A program made the translations under genes and the position numbers. This document shows positions 1 through 9,834 of a stretch of 64,000 nucleotides of DNA, in pieces. The notes beneath the pieces are model-generated. The model was not told the origin of the DNA and did no database searches. It saw only the letters and a list, made by a program, of their open reading frames with translations. Numbering within the stretch: position 1 is the first letter of the stretch; each line of letters opens with the position of its first letter. The stretch is from positions 140,042 through 204,041 of IMG/VR virus record IMGVR_UViG_3300013233_000235, one strand, 5' to 3'.

Positions 1-1
1 A

Positions 2-1744
2 TATAAGGCCATAGCTAGTGAGTTCCCTGAGTAACTCCACCAACCGCTTGTTACCGACTTTTATACCGTCAGAGGTTATCTCCAGACCGGTGAACACCTT
101 GAGGGCCTTCAACGCAATACCACCTAGGTCCCTGACGGGGGTGTCGGCCAGAGACACATTCAGCTTAGCAGCCCAATCCACATATGTTGTACCACTGGGA
201 ACCATGTCAATACTAACCGGGGGGTATACAGCGTCGTGGGTGGCCATGATGCGACTACGCTGGTATGCGTTCGCGCTACCCGCTACAAGCGTGTGCATCT
301 TGTAACCGGATAGCCGCCACGCCTGCGTTACGCGGGTAAGGTCTGCCGGTGAACTAACAACCCCCATCACCACCTGTAAACTTGCTATATGTTCAGCCAG
401 TGGTAATCCCACAAGGTGGGCATTTATATCGGCCCCATTCAAAAAACGAGCAGATGGGGCAGTCGGCAGGATTAGCGGGGGTACCACCGTATTAACATCC
501 CCGCCGGATACCAGTAGTGATATATACATCATCAAAACAAATCCGTCTGCCGTGGTTAGCATTAGGTCTTCGCGTTGCGGTAACTGTACTGGGTATGCCC
601 CCGGGTATAGGCCGGCGCCGGCGTGCGCCCCCCACGACATCATGATGGCCGAATCCTCGGACATGTAACCATCCAGCGGGCTGTACTCGGCTGTGACGTC
701 GATAATACCCGTTGGCACGCTATCGCCCGTGGTCGCCACAAGGTTGCGCTGGATCTTATTTAGATCTTCGTCCACATATGGTGCGTTGCTAGGATACGTG
801 GATATCAAATCCTGGTACAACTTAACTAGGGGGACTATGGTTTTTTCACCCCCTCTCATAGGCTGCTTAACAACCACCGGTGTGGTTTTTCTACTACCCA
901 TCAGTGCGGACTCATCCTGACTAAGATCATATCGGGACAAAGTTAAGCCAGACGGCCCCACTATATGCTTAACTAATAGATCTAGGGTCGAAGCTTTGCC
1001 AACATTATACCTAATGTATCGGATGTTACGGTATAAAAACAATAGCTGGTCGTTTGACAAATAGGGCATGTATTTATCAAGACCGGCTTCGCTGGCTAAC
1101 CGCGCCGCCATGTGCCAAGTGGATACCTCTAGGGTACCCATGGTTTCCACCCTGCGGGCGGCGATAATATTTGGCAAATGTATGTAAAGAATACCATACA
1201 TCGAGGCCAGATATAGTGGATCGGTAACCATGTATGCGGGCACGTTCCAGCGCACAGAATAACCCTTTAACCACCTGTTAAGATATCTTATTAGACCTGA
1301 CTCGGAGGCACCTATGTACGCTGGATCATGGTAGAGTATCGTAAAATCGTCAGCGGCAATCGCCACATCCACATCCACTGGCCAAAACGCCCTAACCAGC
1401 ACACCCCTATTGGCAGGGTTGGCTGTAATGAGCTCCCGGTGATATATACCACCGGGGCCGTACTCAGCTCTAGTGATCGGGTGGTCGGCAAGAGTAGCCG
1501 CATCCAAACGCATGAGGCTTTTGGTATCAGAAGAGATAATTGTAACCGGGGTATCAGTCGGATGATACATGCCAGATAAATTCAAGTAGTACTTCCAATC
1601 ACGTGGGTCAGTTGATATGACGTAACCCATGGACTCTAGATAATCGTTTTGCTGCTCTATAATGTGCTCTGATTTTATAACCAGGCTTCTGGCTAGTGCA
1701 ATGCAAGAACCCATATATGTTCGGTAATTGGTATCCACACGCAT
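2..1744 (-). CDS. phiKZ-like virion structural protein divergent from the portal; 3' end outside window; missing from ORF track
   Basis: Manual translation is open from ATG 1744 (or GTG 1738, SD AGGAG) to the window edge. Contains DPRDWKYYLNLSGMYHPTD and LFLYRNIRYIRYNVGK, motifs I recognise from phiKZ-like virion proteins. Confidence 0.8.
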   Translation of the reverse strand, partial: MRVDTNYRTYMGSCIALARSLVIKSEHIIEQQNDYLESMGYVISTDPRDWKYYLNLSGMYHPTDTPVTIISSDTKSLMRLDAATLADHPITRAEYGPGGIYHRELITANPANRGVLVRAFWPVDVDVAIAADDFTILYHDPAYIGASESGLIRYLNRWLKGYSVRWNVPAYMVTDPLYLASMYGILYIHLPNIIAARRVETMGTLEVSTWHMAARLASEAGLDKYMPYLSNDQLLFLYRNIRYIRYNVGKASTLDLLVKHIVGPSGLTLSRYDLSQDESALMGSRKTTPVVVKQPMRGGEKTIVPLVKLYQDLISTYPSNAPYVDEDLNKIQRNLVATTGDSVPTGIIDVTAEYSPLDGYMSEDSAIMMSWGAHAGAGLYPGAYPVQLPQREDLMLTTADGFVLMMYISLLVSGGDVNTVVPPLILPTAPSARFLNGADINAHLVGLPLAEHIASLQVVMGVVSSPADLTRVTQAWRLSGYKMHTLVAGSANAYQRSRIMATHDAVYPPVSIDMVPSGTTYVDWAAKLNVSLADTPVRDLGGIALKALKVFTGLEITSDGIKVGNKRLVELLRELTSYGLI

Positions 1745-1805
1745 ACTCCTGTATGGGTTAATGGTATCATAATATTCTTAACTAACCCAACCACGGTGAC
1801 CTTAT

Positions 1806-4247
1806 ATGAAATCCAAACGGGATCGGAATAAACACGTCAAGACGGCGGTCAAGGCAAAGGGGCTTATACAAAGCATCGCTATCCCCGCTGACATTTATAG
1901 TGATAGGGCTATAGCGGCCAGCAGGCATAAAACTAAACCCTCGCGGGGTGGGCCATCTAATCTAGATAAGCTTTTAAAAAGGGCATCTGAAAGGGTGGGT
2001 GATAATGCAGCCTTAATGGATTTACTACCCGATATGGAGTTGCTGCAAGAAATTATTGTATCTGGCATAATGTCCCCTAAAGACATGATGACCAATGCGA
2101 TGAACCTATCACTTACCCCGCTGCGGAGTACAGATGTGCGATATTCCACAGACTTGGAGGGTAAGCTGCGGGAGTTTTTCACCACGGATGGCGGGTACAA
2201 CATTAAAGCCAAGGTGCAGATCATCTTAGAGGAGGCACTGTTTAGATACGGCAGTTATACGCTTGTATGTTTGCCAGTAAATCAGCTTGCCAAAATGGCC
2301 GCTGAAGAGAATGCCCGCGATGCCGACCGTAAAAAGATGTATGGCGCCACCGAGAAAGTAACCCACGGGTATCAGGGCATCATGGGTACCGCCCCGAGAC
2401 TGATCACCGGCGATACCATCGATTTCGGTATAACTGTGACGGAGGATGCCACATACCTAGGGTCTAGCAATGTTGATACAGCCACGGCTGACCGCTTTGT
2501 GGACGTCCCCGGCTTCCAAGCCATGTTCGATAAGTCCGTATTAACACTCATGCCCAATGGGGCCGATGCGGTCGACGGCGATACACACCCCATGGTGATA
2601 AAGATACCGGCGGATGCACTTCTGCCAGTCGTCAATCCATATGAGGTGGATGAACCGGTCGGATACTGGGTACCCATATCCCCAAAAACATCGATGCCCA
2701 TAACCCGCACCCGCAAAGACCGTAGCAATAAATTGCTAGATGCCGCGAAGAAGGCCGGTAAAGATGGTCCACTGGGCGATATGTTTAAGGTTTCAGGACT
2801 GGCTACTAATAAATCTAAGCTTGAGGATGTTGATAACGAGGAGTTGTTTATCAACTTTGAGCGATACCTAGATACACAACTAGCCAGGCAATTGAACGAG
2901 AAGGGTGCCGTTGGAGAAGAGCTTGAGGTCGGTAGTAGCAACGACGTATATCGGAGTGTATTCCGGAGAACACTCAAGTCCATGGAGACGCGGTTCCTGT
3001 ACCTTCCCGCCGAGTTAGTTACATGTGTGGCTGTTAAGTACACAGCCGATGGAATGGGTAAGTCGTTACTGGAGGCCGGCAAGACATATGGTATCCTTAG
3101 AGCGGTCTTATTGTTTTCCCGTGTAATGGCCAGCGTGAAGAATTCTGTTGGCCGCACCCGACTGGAAATAACCCTGGAAGAAGACGAGGAGAATCCCTCC
3201 GAGACAATCGAGGCCATACTACAAAACTACGCAGGATATCAGAGTGATATGTTGCCAATGGGTAGCATGAGTATGCCTGACATTGCCCAATCATTAAGAC
3301 GTGCTGGGGTTGAGGTGGCTGTCGATGGGGGGGATAACTGGCCAAACACCAAGACTGATATTGTCGAAGCGGCAAGATCCGGGTACGTACCCGATGAATC
3401 CATTTTGGAAGAACTGACCGCCTTGCAGTACAAGTCATTTGCACTAGACCCGAATATACTGGAGGATGTCATATCCGGTGATACCGCCACACGGGTGTTG
3501 ATTAAGAATAACCTGTTAACCAAGATCCTGGTGGGCTTATCCACTAAGGTGTCAGCCCACCTGACCCGACATGTGCGACAGTATACCAGAGCTTCAGGGG
3601 TGCTTACCAAAATCGTGCGTGATAGTTTGGAGGGCAGTGCCACTAGCGCAGATGTGCTGAGTGTTATAAATAGCATCACTGTCACTCTACCGGAGCCGGA
3701 TGGCGCCCGAATAGAAAGTCATACCGAGGTCTATGAAAAGTACAGCTCGATGATAGACGATGTTGTTGAGGCGCACATCACCGAGGATATGATGTCTGAG
3801 TTGATGGATGGCGATATAGACTCAGGCGTGATAGAGTCACTGCAAATCTCGGTGGCTGCCCATCTTAAACGGGAGTGGATGCGTAAACAGAATGTGATGA
3901 ACGATGTTACGGAGCTACTGTCCGATACCAAGGGTCTAGCCTCGGCCATATCCTCTCACAACAACGATATATTCAGCATGCTCAAGCCGGTGTTGCTTAG
4001 AGCTATGAAGGGTAATAGCAAACTTGATAAAGCCGCCGCCAAGTTGGAGGATAAACTTAGCAACGAGGAAGAGGATAACGAAGATACAGAATCGAGCGGG
4101 AATGAATCCACAGATGAAACGGGTGGTGGAGAGCCAGATGACACCAACCCACCGGATGAAACGGGTGGTGGAGAGCCAGATGACACCAACCCACCGGATG
4201 AAACGGGTGGTGACGGCATGAGCGGCGATGGCCCACCGGACTTATAG
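1806..4247 (+). CDS. Portal protein, phiKZ gp129-like
   Basis: 813 aa with LLPDMELLQEIIVSGIMSPKDM and GMGKSLLE motifs and an acidic C-terminal tail; head-to-head with a conserved virion gene. Confidence 0.7.
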   Translation: MKSKRDRNKHVKTAVKAKGLIQSIAIPADIYSDRAIAASRHKTKPSRGGPSNLDKLLKRASERVGDNAALMDLLPDMELLQEIIVSGIMSPKDMMTNAMNLSLTPLRSTDVRYSTDLEGKLREFFTTDGGYNIKAKVQIILEEALFRYGSYTLVCLPVNQLAKMAAEENARDADRKKMYGATEKVTHGYQGIMGTAPRLITGDTIDFGITVTEDATYLGSSNVDTATADRFVDVPGFQAMFDKSVLTLMPNGADAVDGDTHPMVIKIPADALLPVVNPYEVDEPVGYWVPISPKTSMPITRTRKDRSNKLLDAAKKAGKDGPLGDMFKVSGLATNKSKLEDVDNEELFINFERYLDTQLARQLNEKGAVGEELEVGSSNDVYRSVFRRTLKSMETRFLYLPAELVTCVAVKYTADGMGKSLLEAGKTYGILRAVLLFSRVMASVKNSVGRTRLEITLEEDEENPSETIEAILQNYAGYQSDMLPMGSMSMPDIAQSLRRAGVEVAVDGGDNWPNTKTDIVEAARSGYVPDESILEELTALQYKSFALDPNILEDVISGDTATRVLIKNNLLTKILVGLSTKVSAHLTRHVRQYTRASGVLTKIVRDSLEGSATSADVLSVINSITVTLPEPDGARIESHTEVYEKYSSMIDDVVEAHITEDMMSELMDGDIDSGVIESLQISVAAHLKREWMRKQNVMNDVTELLSDTKGLASAISSHNNDIFSMLKPVLLRAMKGNSKLDKAAAKLEDKLSNEEEDNEDTESSGNESTDETGGGEPDDTNPPDETGGGEPDDTNPPDETGGDGMSGDGPPDL
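4113..4212 (+). repeat. Perfect 42-bp tandem repeat (~2.4 copies) encoding DETGGGEPDDTNPP in the portal tail
   Basis: GATGAAACGGGTGGTG starts at 4113, 4155 and 4197. Confidence 0.95.
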
Positions 4248-4250
4248 GGG

Positions 4251-4355
4251 ATGGCAATGGTAATCAGATGTACGGGATTTAACTGGCCCCTCATTACGGT
4301 GCTAATTACGCTGGTCACCAGCGTCATACTGGTCATAGAGTGGGGACGTTGGTAG
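4251..4355 (+). CDS. 34-aa hydrophobic ORF, or frameshifted N-terminus of the 4340 gene
   Basis: MAMVIRCTGFNWPLITVLITLVTSVILVIEWGRW, preceded by GGGG immediately after the portal stop. Confidence 0.3.
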   Translation: MAMVIRCTGFNWPLITVLITLVTSVILVIEWGRW

Positions 4356-4828
4356 CCCCCTCAGGTGATCATATTGCCGCCGTTGACCAGTTTGGTGATA
4401 ATGTGATCCTCTACAATACGGTCAGTCGTACGTACCGCATACTGGCCCCCCGGCTGGGTAATTATACCGTCCTGTGGGAGGGTGACGACCCATCCGAGCC
4501 ACCAGCCCGCGCGGCTGATGGGGTGATCATAAGTTCAACTGGGGATGCCTTCGCAACACTGTATATGTGCGGCCGTGGTATACGCATGGTTAGGGTGGTC
4601 AATATGCACACGGGTGGTGATACATTATCCACCGCCTATCTAACTACGGGTGACCCACCACTGAATCGGATTATTTTATACGGGGATGGGTCAGTAGGGC
4701 TCATTGGGTCTGAGGCCACCTACCCGTATATCGGCACCGGCCCATTGTGCCGGCGATATATGCACAAGTGGTTTTTACCACTTATATCTTTGGGTGTATT
4801 TTTTTATAGGACAGGGTGGACTTTATGA
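4340..4828 (+). CDS. Hypothetical beta-rich protein, weakly related to 5084-5962
   Basis: AAVDQFGDNVILY vs VAVDRLGKHVYMY; start uncertain. Confidence 0.55.
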   Translation: MGTLVAPSGDHIAAVDQFGDNVILYNTVSRTYRILAPRLGNYTVLWEGDDPSEPPARAADGVIISSTGDAFATLYMCGRGIRMVRVVNMHTGGDTLSTAYLTTGDPPLNRIILYGDGSVGLIGSEATYPYIGTGPLCRRYMHKWFLPLISLGVFFYRTGWTL

Positions 4829-5010
4829 GTAAATATGGTAAAAAGGTTGGTGGCATGGCCACCACCGTGGTTGTTACTATCGCAAAGCACAAGAAGAAAA
4901 CCATGGCGGCCGTTTTGGCTGTAATCGTGATCATCTTATCAGCCACTGGTGTGGTTGAGTTAAACCCAAGTGATATGCTACAATTACTATCAACCGCTAG
5001 CGACGGTTAA
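4825..5010 (+). CDS. Small membrane protein (holin-like architecture possible)
   Basis: Basic KHKKK followed by the hydrophobic segment MAAVLAVIVIILSATGVV. Confidence 0.55.
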   Translation: MSKYGKKVGGMATTVVVTIAKHKKKTMAAVLAVIVIILSATGVVELNPSDMLQLLSTASDG

Positions 5011-5083
5011 CACCTAGCGCACTCTGTCAATGCAGGGTGCGCCTTATGCTGATCTTGGCAGACACCTATAGTTGGAATTCAAT

Positions 5084-5962
5084 ATGCATACACAAGAACA
5101 TACAAAAGCCGCGTTAGCGGTACATTTCGGTAAACACCCAGTGGTGGTATTATTAACAGATGCTGGGGATCTGACCATAGCCGTTACTGGCAAGGTGGTT
5201 TTTCATATAACTGGTGTCAGCGCATATCCAACTGTGGCCGTGGACCGGCTCGGTAAGCATGTGTACATGTATGGGATATTCGATGGATTATCCACCCCCA
5301 CGCTGGTGGTTGTGGGATTGGACCCTGTGGCCGTTGTGATTAAAGCCTACGTGGATGTGGACCCACTCCTTGAAGTACACATCGTACCAATCGCCGGACT
5401 CGATGTATATTTGCGTGGCTACCACCCCCGCACTGGTGAGATGGTGGAGTGGGTATTTGGGGATGACCAAGAGTCCGTTGATGAGCAGATGGGTGTCCCA
5501 GCCGATATGGATCTGTGTGATATAAACGTGTACGCAACCCAGCGGCTATACCACGGTAATGGGCAGCTCGCCACAACTTCCAACAACATGCCACCATCCG
5601 CCCCACTGTGCATTCCTGGAATTATGGCCGCTGGGTTTATTTCGGCAACGCAGCTCCACAGCATATCGAATGTGAATGGTGCGTGGTATGCTAATACCAT
5701 CCGCGTGGATCCAATGGCCGTGGATGGACAGCACTTACAGATAACCGGCACAATGCGACTGCCAAATATACCAGACGGGGAACAATACGTCCTGGCGGGC
5801 TGTGGCACAATAGCATACTTACCCGATGGTGTGATAAGTCCGGCTATAACTGTGCACACACATTGCGACCAAGGTCTGTGGTATAGTAACCCACTTGGGT
5901 ACGCCACCAGCGGGAATAAGATACCCAGCCTACTAAATCACACAACAGCCGTGGTAAATTAA
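5084..5962 (+). CDS. Hypothetical beta-strand-rich protein
   Basis: Long ORF in a co-oriented operon. Confidence 0.7.
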   Translation: MHTQEHTKAALAVHFGKHPVVVLLTDAGDLTIAVTGKVVFHITGVSAYPTVAVDRLGKHVYMYGIFDGLSTPTLVVVGLDPVAVVIKAYVDVDPLLEVHIVPIAGLDVYLRGYHPRTGEMVEWVFGDDQESVDEQMGVPADMDLCDINVYATQRLYHGNGQLATTSNNMPPSAPLCIPGIMAAGFISATQLHSISNVNGAWYANTIRVDPMAVDGQHLQITGTMRLPNIPDGEQYVLAGCGTIAYLPDGVISPAITVHTHCDQGLWYSNPLGYATSGNKIPSLLNHTTAVVN

Positions 5963-5980
5963 CACAAAGTTGGGGGTCAT

Positions 5981-6559
5981 ATGCTACAGAAGACCTCTGC
6001 GCTAGAAGTACTTAACCCCAAAGGTCGGTCCAACTCTTCATACCTCACTAAAGATGGTACCATGTTCATCTCACCCAAGGTGGGTATATCTGGGCCGGGT
6101 TTAGTAAGGGTTTTTACGAACGATGGTGACGGGTTTAAGGAAGGCAAGGCTTTGTCACCAGATCTAGCTATCCGTTACATCACATTTGGGGAGACCACAT
6201 ATGCCGACGCTGGCAGAAGACTTATAGTGGTGTCATCCGTTGTTAGAAACAGCGGTGGTGTATCCGCTATGGTGGAGTTGTATGAACCCATCGCCGGCAT
6301 GGGCAGCCGTTGGGGCAAACGCGGCGGCGGTTATATACCGCATGAACTTAACGACTACATGTGTCTATCCATTATTGTGGATGATACAACAAATGTATGC
6401 CACATTGCATATAAACTGAGAGGTAAAGATGGACACATCAGGTATGACTTTAAAAAATCCGGTGGAGGAGATTGGTACTGCGATGGAAAAGCTACAGTGC
6501 GCCCACGTGGACTACCGGCAATCCGTGCTGCGATTAAAAGCCCTGTTACCAGGGGCTGA
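5981..6559 (+). CDS. Hypothetical protein with degenerate FG-GAP/propeller-like blades
   Basis: FISPK..GLVRVF..LSP..FGET pattern; SD GGGGG. Confidence 0.6.
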   Translation: MLQKTSALEVLNPKGRSNSSYLTKDGTMFISPKVGISGPGLVRVFTNDGDGFKEGKALSPDLAIRYITFGETTYADAGRRLIVVSSVVRNSGGVSAMVELYEPIAGMGSRWGKRGGGYIPHELNDYMCLSIIVDDTTNVCHIAYKLRGKDGHIRYDFKKSGGGDWYCDGKATVRPRGLPAIRAAIKSPVTRG

Positions 6560-7334
6560 CATCCTAATTGGCACAAGACTTACTACTGACCAGTCGGAGC
6601 TGTACGCCGTACTATCAACCGATGATGGGCTAGTCAGCTACATATACAGTTGCGACGATGGTACTCTTCGAGAGGGCGCGTTCATTAAACACGTCCGCCC
6701 TAAACTGATCCATGATGATCCCGATCATCTGTACAAGGCTATGGCCGTCACTGGTGGGTGTGTGATCACCCCGGTAGAGAAGGGCATCCTGATTACAGAC
6801 TTGTCAAATGGCAGGAACGTGGATGTACTCGTAACACCGTCCCCACCGGATGAGATACAGTTGGCCGGGCCAGGGTACCGCGATATCATTTATACCGGGT
6901 CTAGTGGCGAGACTATGGTGTTCGACACTATTGGCCGCACCACCACATCCGTATTCCCCTCACTGATTGCGCACGCTTTACTCACCGCCGAGGGTGGCTT
7001 CCTAGTGGTAGATAAACACGCCGAGGGTGTGTATGACTACATCCCGGCATTCTACGCTGATGGTCAACTTATCACTGTACACAGTGCGCTACGTATCCCC
7101 GGCGGTGTGTGGGGGCTAAGTGCTGTGACTACCATCGAGTGCGCACATGGCACCACGTTGGTAATCTACCAGATGTCATCCGTATTCCCGGTAACCCCCT
7201 CTATTGTTGTCACCATACCCATTAGTGGTGAAGCCACTATGGAACTCATAATCGATAGCAATGGGTGCTTTAATAACCTTGTACACGCCGATTCTGGCAA
7301 AGACGTTGTAGTAGTTAATGGAGAACCCGTATGA
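6429..7334 (+). CDS. Hypothetical beta-rich protein
   Basis: 301-aa ORF with ATGA coupling to the next gene; start uncertain. Confidence 0.65.
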   Translation: MDTSGMTLKNPVEEIGTAMEKLQCAHVDYRQSVLRLKALLPGADILIGTRLTTDQSELYAVLSTDDGLVSYIYSCDDGTLREGAFIKHVRPKLIHDDPDHLYKAMAVTGGCVITPVEKGILITDLSNGRNVDVLVTPSPPDEIQLAGPGYRDIIYTGSSGETMVFDTIGRTTTSVFPSLIAHALLTAEGGFLVVDKHAEGVYDYIPAFYADGQLITVHSALRIPGGVWGLSAVTTIECAHGTTLVIYQMSSVFPVTPSIVVTIPISGEATMELIIDSNGCFNNLVHADSGKDVVVVNGEPV

Positions 7335-8509
7335 GTGAAAACACGTGTATTGAGAAACTAGAAATACCTGTTAAGGATGATACCGAGTTATCAGCCGCCA
7401 TGAACCGGCGCGGTGAATGCATGATCGGTACAGAAGACGGTAATATGCGCACCATTTGTGTACTCCCATACGACGACGATGAAAACGTGGAACTGTGGAG
7501 TATCAAAACCGGTGACCCAGTGGTCCGCAGACGGGTGCTGTTCAAGATGGCCGCATTCCTATCGGATGGGCAAACACTTGTAGACACCCTTATTTACGGG
7601 CGATTCTTTGTGGCCATGTCAAAGAACCGTATAACCATCCAGGATGTGCTGCGTCGGGCGTCCATCTTTGAAGCCGAGCAGGCCGGTGAGAACGTGGCAT
7701 TAAGGTTGGTTGATGACGACATCGTGGTCTTCACCAGCATCGAGGGGCGCATCGGGGCCACACGGATTAATACCACCACTGGTAGCGATTACGCAGTGTA
7801 CCTACCGAAGCACATCCGTAAACGTCCAAAGGTTTCGCGATGGGTGAGGTGGGTCAAGTCTAAAGAAGGTATGGCTGAGTTCAAACGCAACTACGCTAAA
7901 GGGCCAGACCCTCTTAAAGGGGTGTACACTTTTGACGGAGTAGATGGTAGTGGTAAAACCACACTAATCAATTCGTTAAAGGATCATTATACCGACCTTG
8001 GTGTCGAGGTTATTGTCTTTAACTGGAAGGACTATTTGAACGAATGGTTGGGTGATACAACCACCGAGACCTTAGGGGCTTGTTGGGAAGAGGTAGCCCG
8101 CTTGGTGATTGCTTCCCCAGCGGATGCGCTGGTTCTAGTTGATCGATACGCCATGACGACAGCCGTTTATCAAGGGGATGACTTTAACACGGGGGTTAGT
8201 GACTCTGATGGGGCGTATCAAGTCTACCATGATGCTTACCAACGCATGAACCCCTCTACCTCTTTCATCATGGTGGGTGACGTTACAAAGTTTATCGCCC
8301 GTAGTACCACCGTTGAAGGGGATGCTAACGGGAATAAGGGGTTAGATTTCTACCAGCGCGCACAAACAAGTTACATCATGCTCGGTAGTAAAGCGTGGCA
8401 TAACACCTGCCATATCAATGCCGACAAGCCGGCAGATGAGATCGCAGCGGAGGTACGTAAAACCATCGATGCATGGTTACAAACCAAAACGGAAAAGGAA
8501 GATGTATGA
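7331..8509 (+). CDS. tmk: Thymidylate kinase-like domain fused to an unknown ~190-aa N-terminal domain
   Basis: P-loop FDGVDGSGKTT and LVDRYAMTTAVYQG. Confidence 0.8.
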   Translation: MSENTCIEKLEIPVKDDTELSAAMNRRGECMIGTEDGNMRTICVLPYDDDENVELWSIKTGDPVVRRRVLFKMAAFLSDGQTLVDTLIYGRFFVAMSKNRITIQDVLRRASIFEAEQAGENVALRLVDDDIVVFTSIEGRIGATRINTTTGSDYAVYLPKHIRKRPKVSRWVRWVKSKEGMAEFKRNYAKGPDPLKGVYTFDGVDGSGKTTLINSLKDHYTDLGVEVIVFNWKDYLNEWLGDTTTETLGACWEEVARLVIASPADALVLVDRYAMTTAVYQGDDFNTGVSDSDGAYQVYHDAYQRMNPSTSFIMVGDVTKFIARSTTVEGDANGNKGLDFYQRAQTSYIMLGSKAWHNTCHINADKPADEIAAEVRKTIDAWLQTKTEKEDV

Positions 8510-9027
8510 GTAAGTCATTAGCGTTTAGCATGAAAGAGTTACTACCATTTAAAATGGGCGAGCTTAAACTTAACCGATTGAACCGGTTGACCATGGACGG
8601 CCACCGTATGCCGGGATGTGAGTCGGGGTTCTTTGGTAAAGGTAGCATCAGTTGGGTAGACGGGTCTAATCGCCGAATCATCAGCTATACCAACCCTCGG
8701 TACGCGGCGTTTAGACTTGATGGGCAGAATATCGTAATGCTACAGGGTGAGTACCAGTACCCCGATGGTCGTATCGCCGCAAGTTTGTATTACAATCTTG
8801 ATGGCAAGTTCAAATCACTGGGGCGTTACCACCGTGGCTGTGTTGGGCCATACCTAGTGTTTAGAGACCGGCTGGTTAACACCACAAGCGGCGAAGTGGC
8901 ATTCCCCGGTCGGACTGTTGTAAAGGTATCCATGCCCGGTGATGCCGGCGTGATAAGGGTTGCATTTGAAAATAACCCTACCAGAGATTTCACTGTAAAC
9001 AGGGCTGGCGAGTTAGTTCCTCAATAG
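8506..9027 (+). CDS. Hypothetical protein, 'DG..P' family member
   Basis: LTMDGHRMPG..ISWVDG..NPRY resembles the 19816/20435/20863 genes; SD AAGGA. Confidence 0.7.
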   Translation: MSKSLAFSMKELLPFKMGELKLNRLNRLTMDGHRMPGCESGFFGKGSISWVDGSNRRIISYTNPRYAAFRLDGQNIVMLQGEYQYPDGRIAASLYYNLDGKFKSLGRYHRGCVGPYLVFRDRLVNTTSGEVAFPGRTVVKVSMPGDAGVIRVAFENNPTRDFTVNRAGELVPQ

Positions 9028-9139
9028 CAGTATAAAGACGGCCCCGAAGGCCACCCATACCCACCGGGCTATTATAAGTCGGGTGTGGCATACAAGGGTG
9101 CCCGATAAACATGGGTACCAACTAAAGGATGTTTGTATT

Positions 9140-9718
9140 ATGAAGTTGTATCACTATTCCGCTAATTCACACGATGTGCTTAAATCTTTATATGCACAGG
9201 CCAAACTTACTGACAAAGAAGCTGAGCGCGCGAATGCCTGGGCAGTAGAAAGTCAGGCAGTCGGGCCCTACCATAAGCATATCGCATTGTTTTTTGAGAA
9301 AGTACCCTTGGACGAGCTTGGGGATATCTACGGCGACTACCATGAGATCTGGTACCACGGTAATGAGATTTACGAACACACCGTGTCTACGGAAGATATG
9401 GCCGATCGACCATACGTGATTACTGAAACCGAAACCCACAGGGCCACCATTGGTGAGTTGTGGGATGATGACTATGCACATCGTGGTAAGTATTACACCA
9501 CCCTAAATAAAAGGCAGCAGGATAATAATGAGCGTGGGCATACCATGTCCGCCATGGTTAAAGCTGCAAAACCTTTTGTCGGTGGCACGCGGGCCGCCTT
9601 CGAGGCCAACCGTGGCAAAGAAGATTTGTTGTACGCAGCCAATGTGCCGCACCTTATGTACTACGCGGGTGCGTTTGAGATACCTGTTCGTAAGATTGAG
9701 AAGGTGACTGTAAAATAG
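9140..9718 (+). CDS. Conserved jumbo-phage hypothetical protein
   Basis: MKLYHYS..YHKHIALFF..YEHTV..YAANVPHLMYY; SD AAGGA. Confidence 0.75.
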   Translation: MKLYHYSANSHDVLKSLYAQAKLTDKEAERANAWAVESQAVGPYHKHIALFFEKVPLDELGDIYGDYHEIWYHGNEIYEHTVSTEDMADRPYVITETETHRATIGELWDDDYAHRGKYYTTLNKRQQDNNERGHTMSAMVKAAKPFVGGTRAAFEANRGKEDLLYAANVPHLMYYAGAFEIPVRKIEKVTVK

Positions 9719-9725
9719 CAGTAAT

Positions 9726-9834
9726 AAGTCAGCCCCTTCGGGGGCTTTCTTTTTTATTTGTTTCCATACATTTTCAGAACCATATAACTACTATGAAGAG
9801 GCATCTTGATCTCTTACATTGGAGTTTAGTTATG
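9726..9834 (+). promoter_or_regulatory. Family-A cassette repeat copy 1 (terminator + early promoter + hairpin + SD)
   Basis: GCCCC-TTCG-GGGGC-TTTCTTTTTT ... CATATAAC-TACT-ATG-AAGAGG-CATCTTGA-TCTCTT ... GGAGTTTAGTT-ATG. Confidence 0.9.

Noticed and set aside
18-1579. Short ORF-track calls in the first 1.6 kb
   Set aside because: Superseded by the continuous minus-strand gene 2-1744.
2372-3217. 281-aa minus ORF, and similar antisense ORFs at 54460-55218, 12641-13249 and 60270-60770
   Set aside because: They overlap well-supported genes on the opposite strand and have no motifs.
9793-9831. Shared N-terminal leader peptide MKRHxDLLYRSLV on several ORF-track proteins
   Set aside because: It is the translated repeat. 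The upstream ATG has no SD, and the frame hits a stop in copies 3, 8, 10 and 11 and in family B. True starts follow GGAGTTTAGTT. Leaderless initiation is not strictly excluded.
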